From Cenococcum geophilum (lineage: Eukaryota), in contig CP158635.1 of assembly GCA_050273025.1 (NCBI GenBank), forward strand, positions 26,226,001 to 26,290,000: DNA of 64,000 nt, in the 5' to 3' direction. The notes beneath the pieces were generated by a model. The model did no database searches. It was not told the DNA's origin and saw only the letters and a program-made list of their open reading frames with translations. Below, one piece after another: positions 1 through 13,547 of this stretch; within the stretch, counting starts at the first letter, position 1; every line of letters starts with the position of its first letter. A program made the translations under genes and the position numbers.

Positions 1-1708
1 CTGTATTCATTGTTATATTTGCTCCTGCAGGGTGTATTGGGTTCCCGCAAGGGTTAGTCTGGGCCCAACCGCTTCACTTCCAACTATTAAATATTATGCT
101 TCAAACTGTCCAAACCTTTCACTAGTCCGTATAAGCTTAGTTTAAGTATCCATTAACCCTGCCTTCTCGAGGCGTCTTTTTGTAAACTTACTCAGATCTG
201 AGTAAAAAGCGGATGGTGTCGATTTCGTATCCTCTAGACAAGCAACCGCACAGACAGAACCAGCTTTGCACAAACAGCACCCATTACGTATACACGATCT
301 CTACGACGAGGATAGAATACACTAGGTGGTCTAGTTTGAGATGCTAGGAGTAAGTTTTTCTGGCGTAACTCAATTTTTGCTCACCCGCTAGAAGTTTTGT
401 ATCATTATAACCCACAACCCGATATTTGCAAAAAGGCAAGACCGCAATTCTACCCGTGCACTAATGCATCCTCGCTCGCTCTAGACGGTCCAACGAGCCA
501 TGTGCTCAGCTGTTCGGTGCAGCTTCCCCCTTTCCGTGGCGCGCCGGCAGAACGCCTGGAAGTCAGACCACCTCAAATGGTGCTTGCTGCGGACGGATCG
601 TCCAAACGAACTAATATATGGATGTGAAATTTCTTGGATGTCTCCGAGTCTTCTCATACATCCTAAAGCCTAGAGTCACAGTCCTAGAAGCTACTGGCGG
701 GACTTCAATTACTTCCTCTAAAATCTAGCGTTGCTCCGTACTAATGTATGAAAGGGGGATGGTACGGCTCCGTGGAGCCCGAAGCAGGAAGAAAATGTAG
801 GAAAGTATTGGCAGGGAGGAAGTTCTACACACATCCTCACTGAGCAATCCGAGTCAGAAAAGATCTAAGGGAGTCGATCCTGGAGGCCGAGCGAAAAGGA
901 GAATTAGAAATATATCGGATCGTATTTGAGTATCCAACGATGTTGCCTTGGTAGGATTGGGTTCTGGTATGCCGACTCGGAAATAGGATTTATTTCCCAG
1001 TTGCTAGATGCTGCTAGTACTAAATCTACCATAAAAACTGGTTTTGGAGCATTGAAGGAGACAAGACCAGTATCCCCAGCGACACATCATCTGTTCAATT
1101 ACATGTGCTGTATATAGGGAGCGCAAGGGGATGCCCTCCCGTTTTCAGATTCAACACATCACTCCTCACTCCCACCAAGGTCTGGCCTAGCACAGTTTGG
1201 TGCAGGTATAATAAGAATTATGTTGCGCTCTCATTGGATTTCATACACGTCATTGTATCCGCCCATTTGCAGCTCTAGACGACCAAGAACAGTGAAAAGC
1301 ACACGCATGAAGGAGAGGGAAAAAGTACAAGAAAAACAAAAACAAAACAGCACACAAAAACCCAACATCAGGAGGTCGCTCAAAACGCCTAACATAGACT
1401 AGCTCCGGCTCCATTAACGCGCAGGACAATAAGAGATACTGGAGAGGGAAAAAAGCAAGATCGTGTCCCGGGAGTTTGCGTACGGAGAGAGGGAGATATG
1501 CTCGAGAGAAAACGCGAACGACAACCATTGGCTAGATATGCGTCGTACAGACGAAGATGTAAGTAAGATGGAGGATAGGACAGAAAGATGGATGATGAGA
1601 GCCCGAGCCCGAAGAGACGCCAGCAATGCCACGCAGCGGCCATTGAAACCTTCATTTTCCATGCAGAGGGCAAAATCCTGAAATCAACAGATGCGAATGC
1701 TTGCACGT

Positions 1709-3770
1709 CTATTGCTTAGTCCGGGTGAGTGTGGCGTTGCCTACGCTTCCCACCCGTCCGCTCGTCTTCCTGACGCCGTTCTTGCTTTCGGTGCTCCGCC
1801 GCGCTGGGCTCGACCGTGCCTTTCCCACGCTGATGTCACCGCGGCCGCTGCCTACGCTCTTGTCCCGCGCGGGCGTCTTCGGTCGAGCGCCTGTGATGCC
1901 TTTATTCTCCACGTCGCTGTCGCCACCGGGCACTCCCCATGCTGTGGTTGTTGTCGTTGATGTCATCGTTGTGCAGCTGACAGCGCGCCTCTTTTCCTTC
2001 GAGTTCGGCGAGCGCGACGCCGTCCGCCTTGCCAGCATTCGCAGCAGGAACTCCTCCTCACTCTCAGACTCGCCCTGAGTGGAGCGCTGAATCGATACAA
2101 TCTCTGTGTCTGGTTTAACAAATGGCTCGTTTTCATCCACCCGTTGTGGTGAGTGGTGTCTGCTGCTTCCGCAGCCGTACAGCTTGCTTGTCTTGCGCGG
2201 TTGGCCTGGAGTTGGTACAGGCAGATTCTCGTCTTGCACACATAGGCTGGAATTATTTCCGCTGTTCTGCTCATTCGACTGGATTTCGCCGAGCGCGGAG
2301 CGCTTCTGCGAGCCGTTCGGTGGTGTGAAGGTCTGTCCATTGCTGGCGAGACGTTGCCTATGTGTAGATTTTGTGGGTGTGGAGGGCATCATTTCTGCCA
2401 TCTTGGCCTTCATCGAGTCTTCATACCACCATTCGCGGAAGGTGCCTTGGTTGAGGTGGAGCCAGTGCTGTTGGGGTCCAACAACCATACCAGGCCGCAT
2501 AAAGCGCATGAAGGCGATAATCTCATTTGCGGTGAAGCCATGCCGATAGATAAGGTAAGCGCCAATTAGGCACCCGGTCCGACCCAAACCAGCTTTGCAG
2601 TGCACTGCAATACCCTTTTTTCTGATCGTGATCATCTCGTGTGCGAGATTGATGAATTTTTTGACAAGTGAAAGAGGCGGGCACGTGCCATCATCGAATA
2701 TCATGTCGAGGTGCTGGATACCAAGAGCAGTGAAATATGATGGGGAGTATAGCTCGGAGTTGAGCCGTACGACGAGGCCAATGTTTCGTGCAGAGAAATG
2801 AGATAGGACATTCTTAAATGGGGTTGGGAGAGTTGATCGTTGTACATCGGCAATGGTTGTGGGTAAGGTAGAGTACATGGGAGAAGAAGGGGGAATGATA
2901 TGCGTAGGTTGATGTTGTGGAGAGGCAAAGGCGAGGAAGCTGGGTGTGAGCCAGTTGAAATCTCCCATATCGACGCGCTCGTACTTCTCGTATCTGGAAC
3001 TGAATTAGCTTAGTTGCAAGAAAGTGGATATATATCACGTACTCCTCGAGACTGAACTCTTTTAATCCGCACAGTCCCTCTTCTTTCGCCTTCCATACTC
3101 CATACACCACATCCTGGATATTGAGGACGTAGTCTGCCTGGCTGTAACCCGCATCTCTGAAGGGCATGCAAGGGGGATCCATTTGCGCAATTGGAGTAAG
3201 TGCAAGGTGAGGTGGCCATGACTGTATTAAAACCATATAGCAAGCCAAAATACATGCTGCATTTGCGCGACCTGAGAAAAAGTTAGAATCCTGCTCGTAA
3301 CCCTTGTTGCTAGGGAAATATACTCCTTGAATCCGCATTGCTCCAGAAAACCACACCCCGATCCTCATTCGCAGGGTCACCGAGTACCTCGTGAAGTTGT
3401 ACTGCAAACCTGTACAAATGACCGATATGTAACGGGCCAAAATCCGCATGAAAGGCGTTGTATAGGAGACTCTTATCAATTGAAAAATAAACGGGAGGAT
3501 GAACTTTTGGACCACTTCCAGCTGTTGGGGTGGGGCCTAGTTGTGCCCTTGAAGATCGTTTGCTTGGCGGCCGGCTCTGTCTGGGATAGGGAAATGGAGT
3601 GTTGGCATCTGGAGGGTGTGTATAAGAGGCTAGGTAGAGACGGTCTGCGAAAGACGAGGTCGTCAGTAAACAAAGACGCTAGATTATGTAAGGTGAAAGG
3701 ATTTGTTCTTGTTTTTACCTTGAATGTACTCAATAACCTGCCCATAACTGGTGGCAGTGGAAGGAGGCAT
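1709..3770 (-). CDS. CDC14: Cdc14 dual-specificity protein phosphatase (spliced)
   Basis: Catalytic HCKAGLGRTG motif plus FDDGTCPP and MRPGMVVGPQQ in ORF 1709..2968. Upstream exons give MPPSTATSYGQVIEYIQ/DRLYLA and YNAFHADFGPLHIGHLYRF, joined by GT..AG introns. ATG at 3770. Confidence 0.93.
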
Positions 3771-4860
3771 ATTTGCGGCAGCAGTTGTTCTGGCCTGCGC
3801 AGGTAGTAAAGAGCAAGAGCGATCTCGCTGGCTTGCTTCTAGTATATATCTCTAGAAAGCGTAGGATAATTCCTGCTAATGTTAGGGGCAAGGAGGAGTT
3901 GCGATGGAGGTGAGTATTTTCAGTGTCTGTGGGTATGGGGATGTGTTGGTGGCTATTGTTGTGGTCGCAAAGTGCTCCAGAGCTCTTCTCCACATATAAT
4001 AAACAATAATTGTAAGGATGTGGTGTGAATGAAGCGGCGTGGAGAGAATGGGATGGGATGGGATGGAGATGACACTCACAAAATACAAGTCGAGTTTCGT
4101 TGTTTACAAAATAAAGCTAAGTCTGGAAGCGCACTAGCGCCGCCCACAGGCCCACTAGGTCCTACCCACTTGGCGACCCGACCCTCATTACCCGACCCGA
4201 CCCGACTCACGAGTGCTTGGCACCCTGCCGGTCGCTACGAGCCAGGATGTTTCATGGGGAAATCCAAACGACCACGTCTGTGTTTATGTTTGGCTGGATG
4301 ACCTCGTTGTTCTACCTTGAGGTGAGGGTGTTCCTTGCGGCTTGTGAATTCCCTGCAGTTCCCGCGTTTCTATTGCTGTATGCAACAAACTTCGCTTTTA
4401 CTTTTCGGAGATATCCTATGTGAATAATGAAAGATTTTCTTCCTGCTAACCTTTTTCAATGGAATAGGCTTGTCTTAAGACTTCCAAGAAATCAGGGCGT
4501 ATATAGAGCCTACTAGGCTGATTGTTTTAGAATATTTGTATTGCTGGGTGAGAAGGGTTTCTACACTGTCTGCGCACTAGGGGTTGTCAAGGGACGCTTC
4601 ATTCTACGTAACTTTTTGAAATACTTCGATCCCTAGGAATACTTTAGATATCTCCTGAAACGCTTCTTATATTCGGGTTTTACGGAACAATCCCATAAGC
4701 ACCCGAAGACCTTGTGAACGCCAAGAGAATTGGTAAAACAACCCATAACAGATGAGCTGCTAGAGTAGCGGATGCTATGTATGTTCTATCATTTCCTACT
4801 GACTTCTTATAGACCGGCCAATAGCAAGTAAGGTCTCGGTGCTTCCGGACAACAAATTCA

Positions 4861-6710
4861 ATGATTAGACGAGGACGGGCGGAAGGCTGGCTCAAACTGC
4901 CTATCTCCACTTTTCGATCTTGGGCTGAACTTAATGGTGTGACTCTCAATGGTGTCCAAGTAGGACCAATGCCAGGATTTGAACATCGAGGATCTACTGT
5001 TATAGCAGAAAACGATATGACTGGGGGAGAAACTGGCCCTTTGATGGTCATTCCTAGAGATCTAGCCCTTTCCCGTGAAAGTGTTGAAGGTTTCGCAAAA
5101 TCCGACAAACAGCTGAAGGAGGTTCTTGACTCTCTAGGCGAATATGCACAGGTATGTGTGTGTCCTGGGGTAATGCCGATAGGTTAAGGGAGTTGAGTGG
5201 CTCCTTGTCAAAATACCAAACGCCTCTAGAGCCAACGTAGTGGTTATCCTTCGAATCAAGTTCAACACATTTCTGCGCAAAATCATCCTTTGTTTGTATC
5301 ATAAGTCTAATTTACCTTTTAGACCGCTAGAGGAACGATACTAGTATTCCTACTAATACAGGCTACCATATCCTGTCCAGAAATACCAGAGAGTACAGGA
5401 GTGGTAAACCCTTTGACTGAGTATTAGTCTCATCTATTTCTCATACACATGGACTAACGATATCTAGATACGTCAAGTTTCTCCCAGAAGAACTTCTCCC
5501 CACCTTCTGGACCGAACAGGAGCAGGAGCTTTTGGTTGGAACTACTCTTAGATCTGCTATCCGTGCGAAGATGAATAGTTTATTGCGCGAATTCGAACAC
5601 CTTCGATCAGCAACAGAGCACATCAGCTGGTGCGAAAAGTACTGGTGGGACGAAGATGAAGGCTACGTCACGTTCGAAGACTGGATGCATGTGGATACTA
5701 TGTACCGGTCTCGTGCCCTCGAGTTCCCAGGCATCGGAGATTGCATGGTGCCCTGCGTGGACATGGCAAACCATTCATCTGGCGAAGCTGCAGCTGCACT
5801 TTACGAAACTGATGAGGACGGTAACGGCATCTTGTTGCTTCATGCCGGTAAGACGGTCAAGCGGAAAGATGAGATTACGATAACGTATGTCGATTTCTAC
5901 CCATAGGGTTCACCCGATTGGCTCACACGCAAATCAAAGTTACGGTGATGAGAAAGGCGCATGTGAGATGATATTCTCTTATGGCTTTATCGAAGATTCA
6001 ATGGAGTCTGCAAGAGTTATGTTTCTGGACCTCAATATTCCTGATGATGACCCTCTCAGGTCAGCTAAGATTGCTGTCAGCGCGATGGCCCCAGGATTTC
6101 GCATCTTTGACGGGGGCGATTGCACGGGTTGGGAAAGTGATTTTGTGTGGTTGGTTTGTGTTAATGAAGAGGACGGCCTCGGGTTCAATTTCTTGCAGAC
6201 CAATGATGGAGATCGGGAGCTTCGGGCGTTTTGGAAAACCGAAGAGCTGGAGGACACGTCGAAGCTGAGGGATCTCCTCCAGACAGAGGCGCTGTGGGAG
6301 GTGTATCAACTACGAGCCATCACTTTACTGCAAAATCGGATTGAACAACAAATTGAAGATCTCCACGAAGTAGGCAATCCGGAGAAGGATTCGGGTGTTC
6401 GAGATGTTCCATGGAAATTGGCAGGAAAACTCCGCAAATTGGAATTAAAGCTGTTGGAGAGGGCTTTCAATGATCTCGAAGACCAGGTACGTTTAAAGTA
6501 AAGCTTCATCCGGACTATCGTCATCACCTCCTGCCACTCAAGCCACGTTCAAATTTCGGTTCTTCCCGCAGGCCACTCGTCACATCCAGACACCCACCGA
6601 GTTTCGCTAACGTCTTCTCGCGGCAGAAATTGGTGTTGATTGAATCGGAATCTGTGAAGCGTTATCTAGGGATTACAGATGAAGAGAATGCTGAGGAAGA
6701 CTTTTCTTAA
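4861..6710 (+). CDS. SET-domain (Rubisco-LSMT/RKM-like) lysine methyltransferase (spliced)
   Basis: Motifs WAELNGV, LPTFW, YRSRALE, MVPCVDMANHS and EITI-SYG..EMIFSYGF across ORFs 4861, 5532 and 5887. The last exon ends EEDFS-TAA at 6710. Confidence 0.85.
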
Positions 6711-8239
6711 ATTCTCATTGGAGACGGTTGGGCTGTCTATCTAAAATAACCGGGTTTCCCCATACAATTTTCTATTGTGAATGCGTAACTCACACAAATG
6801 AAGCCTTGGTGGCGTTTTATTAGCCGATTCATGGCACGTACATATGCGTGGAAAACTGCTATAGGAATTACAGGGCCTCTCAATTTCCACGTGAAGATTG
6901 AAAACACATTCCGATTTCAACCGGATGAGTTCCATAACGATGAACATCATTTTCTTCTTTTTTCTTCGCACTTACCGCACTCACTAGAATAACTTGCCAC
7001 AGCTTTTTAACAAAAAATTGCGCGAAGTGGAACACTTTGAAATTAAAGGTCTGACGGAATAGCCTGCCTATGGGAGAGTACTATTAAAGCGAACCGGTCC
7101 AGCTATCCGCGCTTCCAACCGCGCTATTCGCTCCTTATCTTACCATATATATGTAAATGTAAATGGCCCCCTGACTCAAATCATCCAGAGGTTGTCAAAC
7201 CGCTTCCCCACCGGCAAACTGCTTTACTCGGCTGACATATCGAAGTACGTCGGGATATGGGCCGATTATTTAGACTTGGCTGCTTCCAACAACTGGATAG
7301 CGACAAGCCTTCTACAGTCCATCGAATACTAGGATCGTGTGATCCCTGCGTCTGCAAGGACCTGGAGTAGCTTTTAACTTCTGCATTCTGGAAGAATGAT
7401 GGATTGGCTTGAGGCTAGACCAAGATACTCAGACGCCCCAGCAACTATAGGCACGTAATAATAATACCAACACCTAAAGTGTGCTCGTGATATATGTCAT
7501 ATGGGCCAAAAAGGGGCCGCTCGTGTCAACTTTCTTGGCAGATCCCTGTCCTTCTCAGCGGGTCAAAGATGCATGAGGCCTTCGTCGGATGAGGGCTGCT
7601 TGAGATAGAGCATCATGCTGCCGCTTGAGGAGTAGCGTTGACTAGAAGCGCGGGCTGGCTGTCACAACTATCAATCCCCCACAACTTATGACAGTGTCCC
7701 AGCCTGAAGCAGATCGAGCTGCTCTGACACAAGTTTGCAAAATAACAGGCGCGCATGATGGGTGTAGGTGTTGTTCCTCGCAGGCGTTTGTATCGGCTTA
7801 GGGAATGGTGGCAGCTGGCCAGCGATAAAGAAATGGGTGAAAACGGTGGTTCGAGCAAAATTACGCAAAATGGGCGCTACCTTCTCCATGTATATTGGCG
7901 TGTTATTGGCTGCTCGTACAGGTCCCTTCCCCCGCATTCCTGGGGCTGGTGGCTTTAGTACGATTAAGGCAAAGCGTGAACGGGTGGATGCCATCCCACC
8001 CATACGCCTTCTCCAACCTAGGCCCTCCTTTGTCCACCCTCGTCTGACTGCTTGCATATTTACAGTTTCCCTCCCACAGATCGCTCGCGCAGAAATATAT
8101 CCTTAGGGCTGAGCCATTCAAGATTGTGCCCATCGCACTCGGATGATTACCGGCACTCTCTGCAGACTCTGATCGCCAGTCCTTCGGGACCTGAAAAGAA
8201 TAGAAAAACACCGCACCATCACTTGAAAAAATCGCAAAG

Positions 8240-11052
8240 ATGCCAGGAATTCTACCGATGAAGGTCATCAAAGTCGGCTCGAACGCGCAAGCCCGTATCG
8301 CCCAGGCGTGCGACCGATGTCGGTCTAAGAAGATCAGATGCGATGGGATCAGACCGAGTTGCTCGCAGTGTGTCAATGTCGGGTTTGAATGCAAGACAAG
8401 CGACAAACTGAGTCGACGGGCATTTCCGCGAGGATACACGGAGTCTTTGGAAGAGAGGGTGCGATTCCTGGAGGGAGAAGTTCGCGAGTTGAAGGATCTG
8501 TTGGATGAAAAGGATGAAAAGATAGATATGCTTTCCAGAATACATTCGCACACACCCCAAGCGATGTCATCGCCACGGAGGCCGCCAACACAGTCTCCGT
8601 TACCATCACCCGAGAACAGAGAGGACTCGCAAGATAAAGAGGATATATTCAAGGTTCAGCAATCGCCACTGCTGTTGGACGACGAGAACAGTGATTTGTA
8701 CTTTGTAGGGACGTCAAGTGGAAGGACTCTTATCGGTAGGAATATCGAAACAGGTCTTTGAATCCCTTCATCTAATATAGAACAGATGCGTTCAAACACA
8801 AAGTTCAGGAGACTGGTAGGCCTTGCGTGGACATCAAGTCCGACGCTTTCTTCAGCACCAGATCGGCGCGATCAGTCTCGTCACAATTTCAAGGACGCAT
8901 CGTCTCTTGGAAAGCGCCTCCCCGCCTTGTATCTGACCAAATGATCAATATCTTCTTCCAAGAATGGGCTCCACTGTTCCCAGTCCTTCACCGACCGACG
9001 TTCCTGACAATCTACGAAGAATACGTTGCTAGCCCTGATACCATGGCTGATAAGAAGTCAATTGCGCAACTCAACTTGATCTTCGGGATCGCTGCATTAT
9101 CGAGTGATGTATGCCAACTCTGTCGTTCAACAACGCATTATAGTACTAATGAGCAACAGTCACGCGACGCTCAGGACACTGGGTCCTACGAAGTCCAATG
9201 GCAGGCGGCCCTCGAAACCTTTTTGATGGACAACTGCCTGGCGACCCTACAATGTCTCATTCTTGCGCAGATTTACTGCCTCCTGAAGTCGGATTATGCT
9301 AAACTGCTGAAGTACAAAGGACTGGCAGTTAGCTTATCACAACGTTTTGGTCTACACCAATCGCAAAAACGGTTTGCGCTCGGTGCCTTGACCAGTGAGA
9401 CCAGGAAAAAGGTTTTCTGGACGTTATATATAGTTGACTGGTGTGTCATTAGTTTCCCATTGTACTTCTCAACGCTAATTGTTTTAGCTTTTCTGCCGCT
9501 CATCTCGGACTTCCGAAACTCTTGAAAGAAGAGGATGTTCACTGCGAGTACCCGGTTGACGCCGACGACGAGTACGTAACGGAGAAAGGCTTTTTGCCCA
9601 CATTACCTGGGGAGTACACCAAGTTGTCTAGCGCTCTGGCTCTATTCCGCGTTACACGTGTGCTAGCCAAGGTTTTATCAGAGAACTACCCGGCTTCGGC
9701 TTCACATGAGATATCGTTCCGCACTCTAACGTCTCTCGCTGATGAGCTTGAAGACTGGTCGAGTAACCTCGCTCCTCATCTCAGACTGCAGTTTCAGCAA
9801 GACAAGCCAAGCACAAATGTGATTAGCAGCCGGTCACCTCTTTTAGTACGTACCCTTTTTATCCGAAATGCTCAACTCAAAAATTTAACACACATGACAG
9901 TCACTTGCGTACCATTACATCCGCTCTCTCATTTATCGCCCAGCCGTAACTGCCAATCTAGGTGATAGGGGGTCATCCGCCGTTGTTGCTGTTGCAGATT
10001 CGTGCAAGCACATGGTACAGATCCTTCAGCTGTTGGACGAACGGAAGCTCAGCTTTGCATTTTGCCTAAATAAGAACGAGCTCCTTGTGCAAGCGGGCTT
10101 CGGTTTACTCTTCCAGACCCTGGACCTAGACCAAGAGGGTAAGCTCATCAAAGATTGCCAACGACTAGTGTGTTCAGTCATCGAGATGCTCGAGCGTAGT
10201 GGAGCCACTGGCGCCTCCGAATTCCGCCGTGTTGGTTGTTCAATGATTTCTGGCAAGAACTCACCTCCATCAATCTCGCGTGACAATTCCGAAGGAAGCA
10301 TGGCTGCTCCGCAAGAGACATTCCGCGCCACACATAAACAGCTGAAGGCTATCGCCTCGCGGTTCTCTCCATCTGTAACTAAGCATGCTCGCCATGACCT
10401 CAAGGAGCCCCGTCGCGCCACGCTTGCTAACCTTTCTCCCCCTTTCGGCCATCACAACAACCAGTCTTCGGCCAGTATCTCGTCGATCCGATCGGAGCCG
10501 CTATCCGCACGTTCTGAACCTACTGTCAGTCCTCTAACTCATCGTCCCTCGATCATCACTCACACCAAGACTTGCAAGTCAAGTAGCTCGCTTCGTCAAA
10601 ACCCAAATATCGACTATCTATCTTTTGGCCCTGACCTGCTCTCTAGCTACCCATTTGCAATCGACTCCTCTGGCGAAGCCGAAGTCTCATCAACAGATTG
10701 GGAACGTTTTCTGTCGAGTATTGATAATGGCCAGACAAACATCTACGACACAATCTACGGCGGACAACCTGTCGACGCGCTTATCGATGCGCTGCCACTC
10801 TCTTCTGGCGCAGAATCGCATCTGACCTGGCCACCAGGGGTTTGGGGCCTAGGGGCTACGGACCAGCAACCTCCACAGAGTGTGCTGAGCTTCAGTGACG
10901 AAAGCCTTACTAGCGGAGAGGAGTTTGGCAACTGTGATTACGGATCAACTGGGAGTAGCGAGCGCGTCTATGGCATCATAATTCCAGAGTTGAACTCGCC
11001 TGGTAACGGACCAATAGGACTAGATGGACTAGATGGAAACTTCGGGCTGTAG
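8240..11052 (+). CDS. facB: Zn2Cys6 transcriptional activator of acetate utilisation/gluconeogenesis (FacB/Acu-15/Cat8)
   Basis: N-terminus [56 protein letters not shown] is typical of FacB/Cat8. Fungal TF middle homology region ([11 protein letters not shown]). Four GT..AG introns link ORFs 8240, 8827, 9522 and 10012. Confidence 0.92.
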
Positions 11053-11877
11053 ATACCCATCTGGGCAAGCAGGCAATCTTGAAGATGTTACGTCGTTATG
11101 ATGGATATACCACCGGTGTATTGGAAACGGCGAATCAAATATATTTCACATTTGGGTTGGCTTTGTCTATCTCTCTATTTACGCGCTTTCCTACAACTTC
11201 GGTTTCTTTGGTTAACTACGGGGTTTATGTCGAACGGACAATGAAGGATGAGGACTGTCTATTGAATGTGGCTCTAGAGCCTCTATATATACATGAGAAA
11301 GGTAGAGGGGTAGTAGACTAAGTCGGTGACCGAGTCGGTGACCGAATCAAGGGGTAGGTAACTGAGACAGTAGTAAGACGGTAATAAGTGCGATTCAGGT
11401 CGATAGTTTAGAAGAAGCCGAGGAGTACTTTTTCGCTTTAATGATTTCCTTTTCAGGGGTTGCTGATTTCTCTTGTGGATATTTTGCTCTTCTGACTTTT
11501 TGGGATACCGCAAATGCAAAATACTTGTACTCTTACCTCCGGTATCCGGTCCTTACAGCTATATCTCTTTCCCTTTCTTCTCTTCGGCCTTTTACATTTT
11601 TCGGAGGATTCAGTCCCAGAAAGGCGCTCGTCTTAGATCTCGGTCCTGTTTTGGGTCACAGCTTTTCCTCTGTATCTACTCTAGTCACCGCCTGTCCGGC
11701 TGTCGTAAAAAAATTCCACGCTGTTATGCAGTCTATGACGCCCTGACTCGCTACTGACCTACCGCTCATGACTCGCTGCTGCGCTCACCAATCCTGCCCG
11801 TCCACAACGCCCTTCACCCTCGCTGCGACATCGCAGCTCGCCCGGTCCTGAGCTTCAAGAGCAACAGAAAAAAAAAA

Positions 11878-12235
11878 GTGCGCATTGGTGCTTCGCCGAC
11901 TTACGGACTGTCTCAGGGGCTGCGTAGGGCGTATTGATTTGCGCTAAACTAGCTGCATGCAGCCAACACGACAACGAACGCAGGTGGGCAGAAAAAGCAA
12001 CTAAGATACAGAGGAAGAAGCAAAGAAAAAGCCTCAACACCAACAGGGAAAAGTAAACATGAACAACGAGTAGGGAAAAAGTAAACAAAAACCCACGATA
12101 TTATGCGGGGCGGAAACGTGGTTACAAAAAAGTAAAAATAGAAGTAAAACATAGCAAGGGAGATGCCCAACTTCTGGATTCTGCCTCGCCCCACGACCGT
12201 TATCTGCACCGCTGATCACGCGTAGCGAACCGCAT
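11878..12235 (-). ncRNA. Candidate structured non-coding RNA (unassigned)
   Basis: The GC-rich ends form four nested complementary segments around a U-rich core, followed by T10 on the minus strand. It matches no RNA family I can recognise. Confidence 0.25.
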
Positions 12236-12541
12236 GAGGTGGATAGGATATTGGGTTTTGCGGTTCAAGAAGCTGGGAGTTGGGCGAGAAGGAGGGGCTT
12301 CTAGAGGTTGAGAAGATACAGGGTAGATTACTGCCAAGGGATCACGCCATCCCCCTCTGCTATGTATGGGCAGTTCAATTTCTTTTGTTGACGTCTGTTT
12401 AATTGACATTTCACGGCTCGTTCCTTCTCTTCTATGAGTTGTAGGTTCTCGTATTACAACATCCCTTCCAAGCCAGCGAGCCGATACTCTACGCCTTCGC
12501 CTTCGGTCAATTAGATAGCCGATGTATGTTATCCGCTTACG

Positions 12542-12572
12542 GCTACCAGATGCTACCAGATGCTACCAGATA
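12542..12572. repeat. Tandem repeat (GCTACCAGAT)x3
   Basis: Read directly: gctaccagat gctaccagat gctaccagat a. Confidence 0.9.
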
Positions 12573-13547
12573 CTAGCGAATGGCTGCTATAGGTGATGTC
12601 AGGTGTGGCTGTCGGTGGTGTTTGGCATTGCATTTAGCGTGTTGCCCATGTAAAAGGCAAAGTTAGATAAATTAGAGCCGCTTTGCGTGGAAGCTGAGAT
12701 AGGATGGGTGGAATGAAAGTGAGGCGCCTCTGCATGGTAGGCCTATCCTCGTATGCGTGTGAGACTTGGAGCGGGAGAACTGAGTAGAGACTGATCGAAG
12801 AAAGGAAGGAGGGAATACGATCAACGTGGGGGAGAGCTGGGGGATTTGAGGCTCTGCTTTATGATAGGGAAGCCTGATGGGCTGTTTATGGTGGGGTTAC
12901 GTTGCATTGGTAGAGTGTTTATTTTTGTTTAGGCCGGTTACTCAATTAGTTACTTGAATCCGCTAGCGGTTCGGAAGAGTTAAATGGTGGGTCTAGCGCG
13001 CAAATATGGAACCAATGACCCGACAGCCATCTCTCGTGTCCTGAGCCCTGAGCAGACTTTCTCTGACTCAGGTCCTGGGTTAGCCTAGCACAATTGTGTA
13101 GTCGTCTAGAGAAGACTATCGTGGAGTAAGCGAATATCGGATTTGCGTCACACTACTGCTGACATCTTCTAAATGAAGCGTGCATGTGGCTTATAAGGCT
13201 GACTCCAGCCCATGTGCCGTTTTCAGGTAGGTCTGTTCTAGAACCAAGGAAAGCAGTAGATGACTGCAGGGCAACCGGTAGGTCATCCCTGCGAATGTGT
13301 AATCATCATCTAGGCTGTTCCATAGTGGAACTTCCAGCGATGTTTTTGGATACAATACGCGGTGGTTGCAGGATCGATCGGTTGTCGCGGTTGGCATTGA
13401 TAACAAAGGCTGAATGTTTCTAGGCAGGCGCCTCGTGATAGATGAAGCTGAGAATAGGGCAGCTGTTAGACGCTGAGGTGGGGGCTGCTAGGGACTGACA
13501 ATTACTTCTAGGATCACTGCAGCACGTGAGATGGACTGCATTAGTAA

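Noticed and set aside
188..205. Palindrome TTACTCAGATCTGAGTAA
   Set aside because: Isolated 18-bp palindrome with no associated element or context.
7613..8239. ORFs and possible uORFs or CreA sites upstream of facB
   Set aside because: The ORFs lack coding signatures, and single SYGGRG matches are expected by chance. Not supportable without conservation data.
11878..12235. TPP riboswitch, HDV-like ribozyme, group I intron or tRNA identity for the candidate RNA
   Set aside because: CUGAGA and GGCGAA are present, but the TPP GAUC..AAU..AGCG arm, HDV L3/P1.1, group I P7 pairing and tRNA T-arm are all missing.
11053..13547. Telomerase RNA in the 2.5-kb gap
   Set aside because: No TAACCCTAA-type template on either strand.
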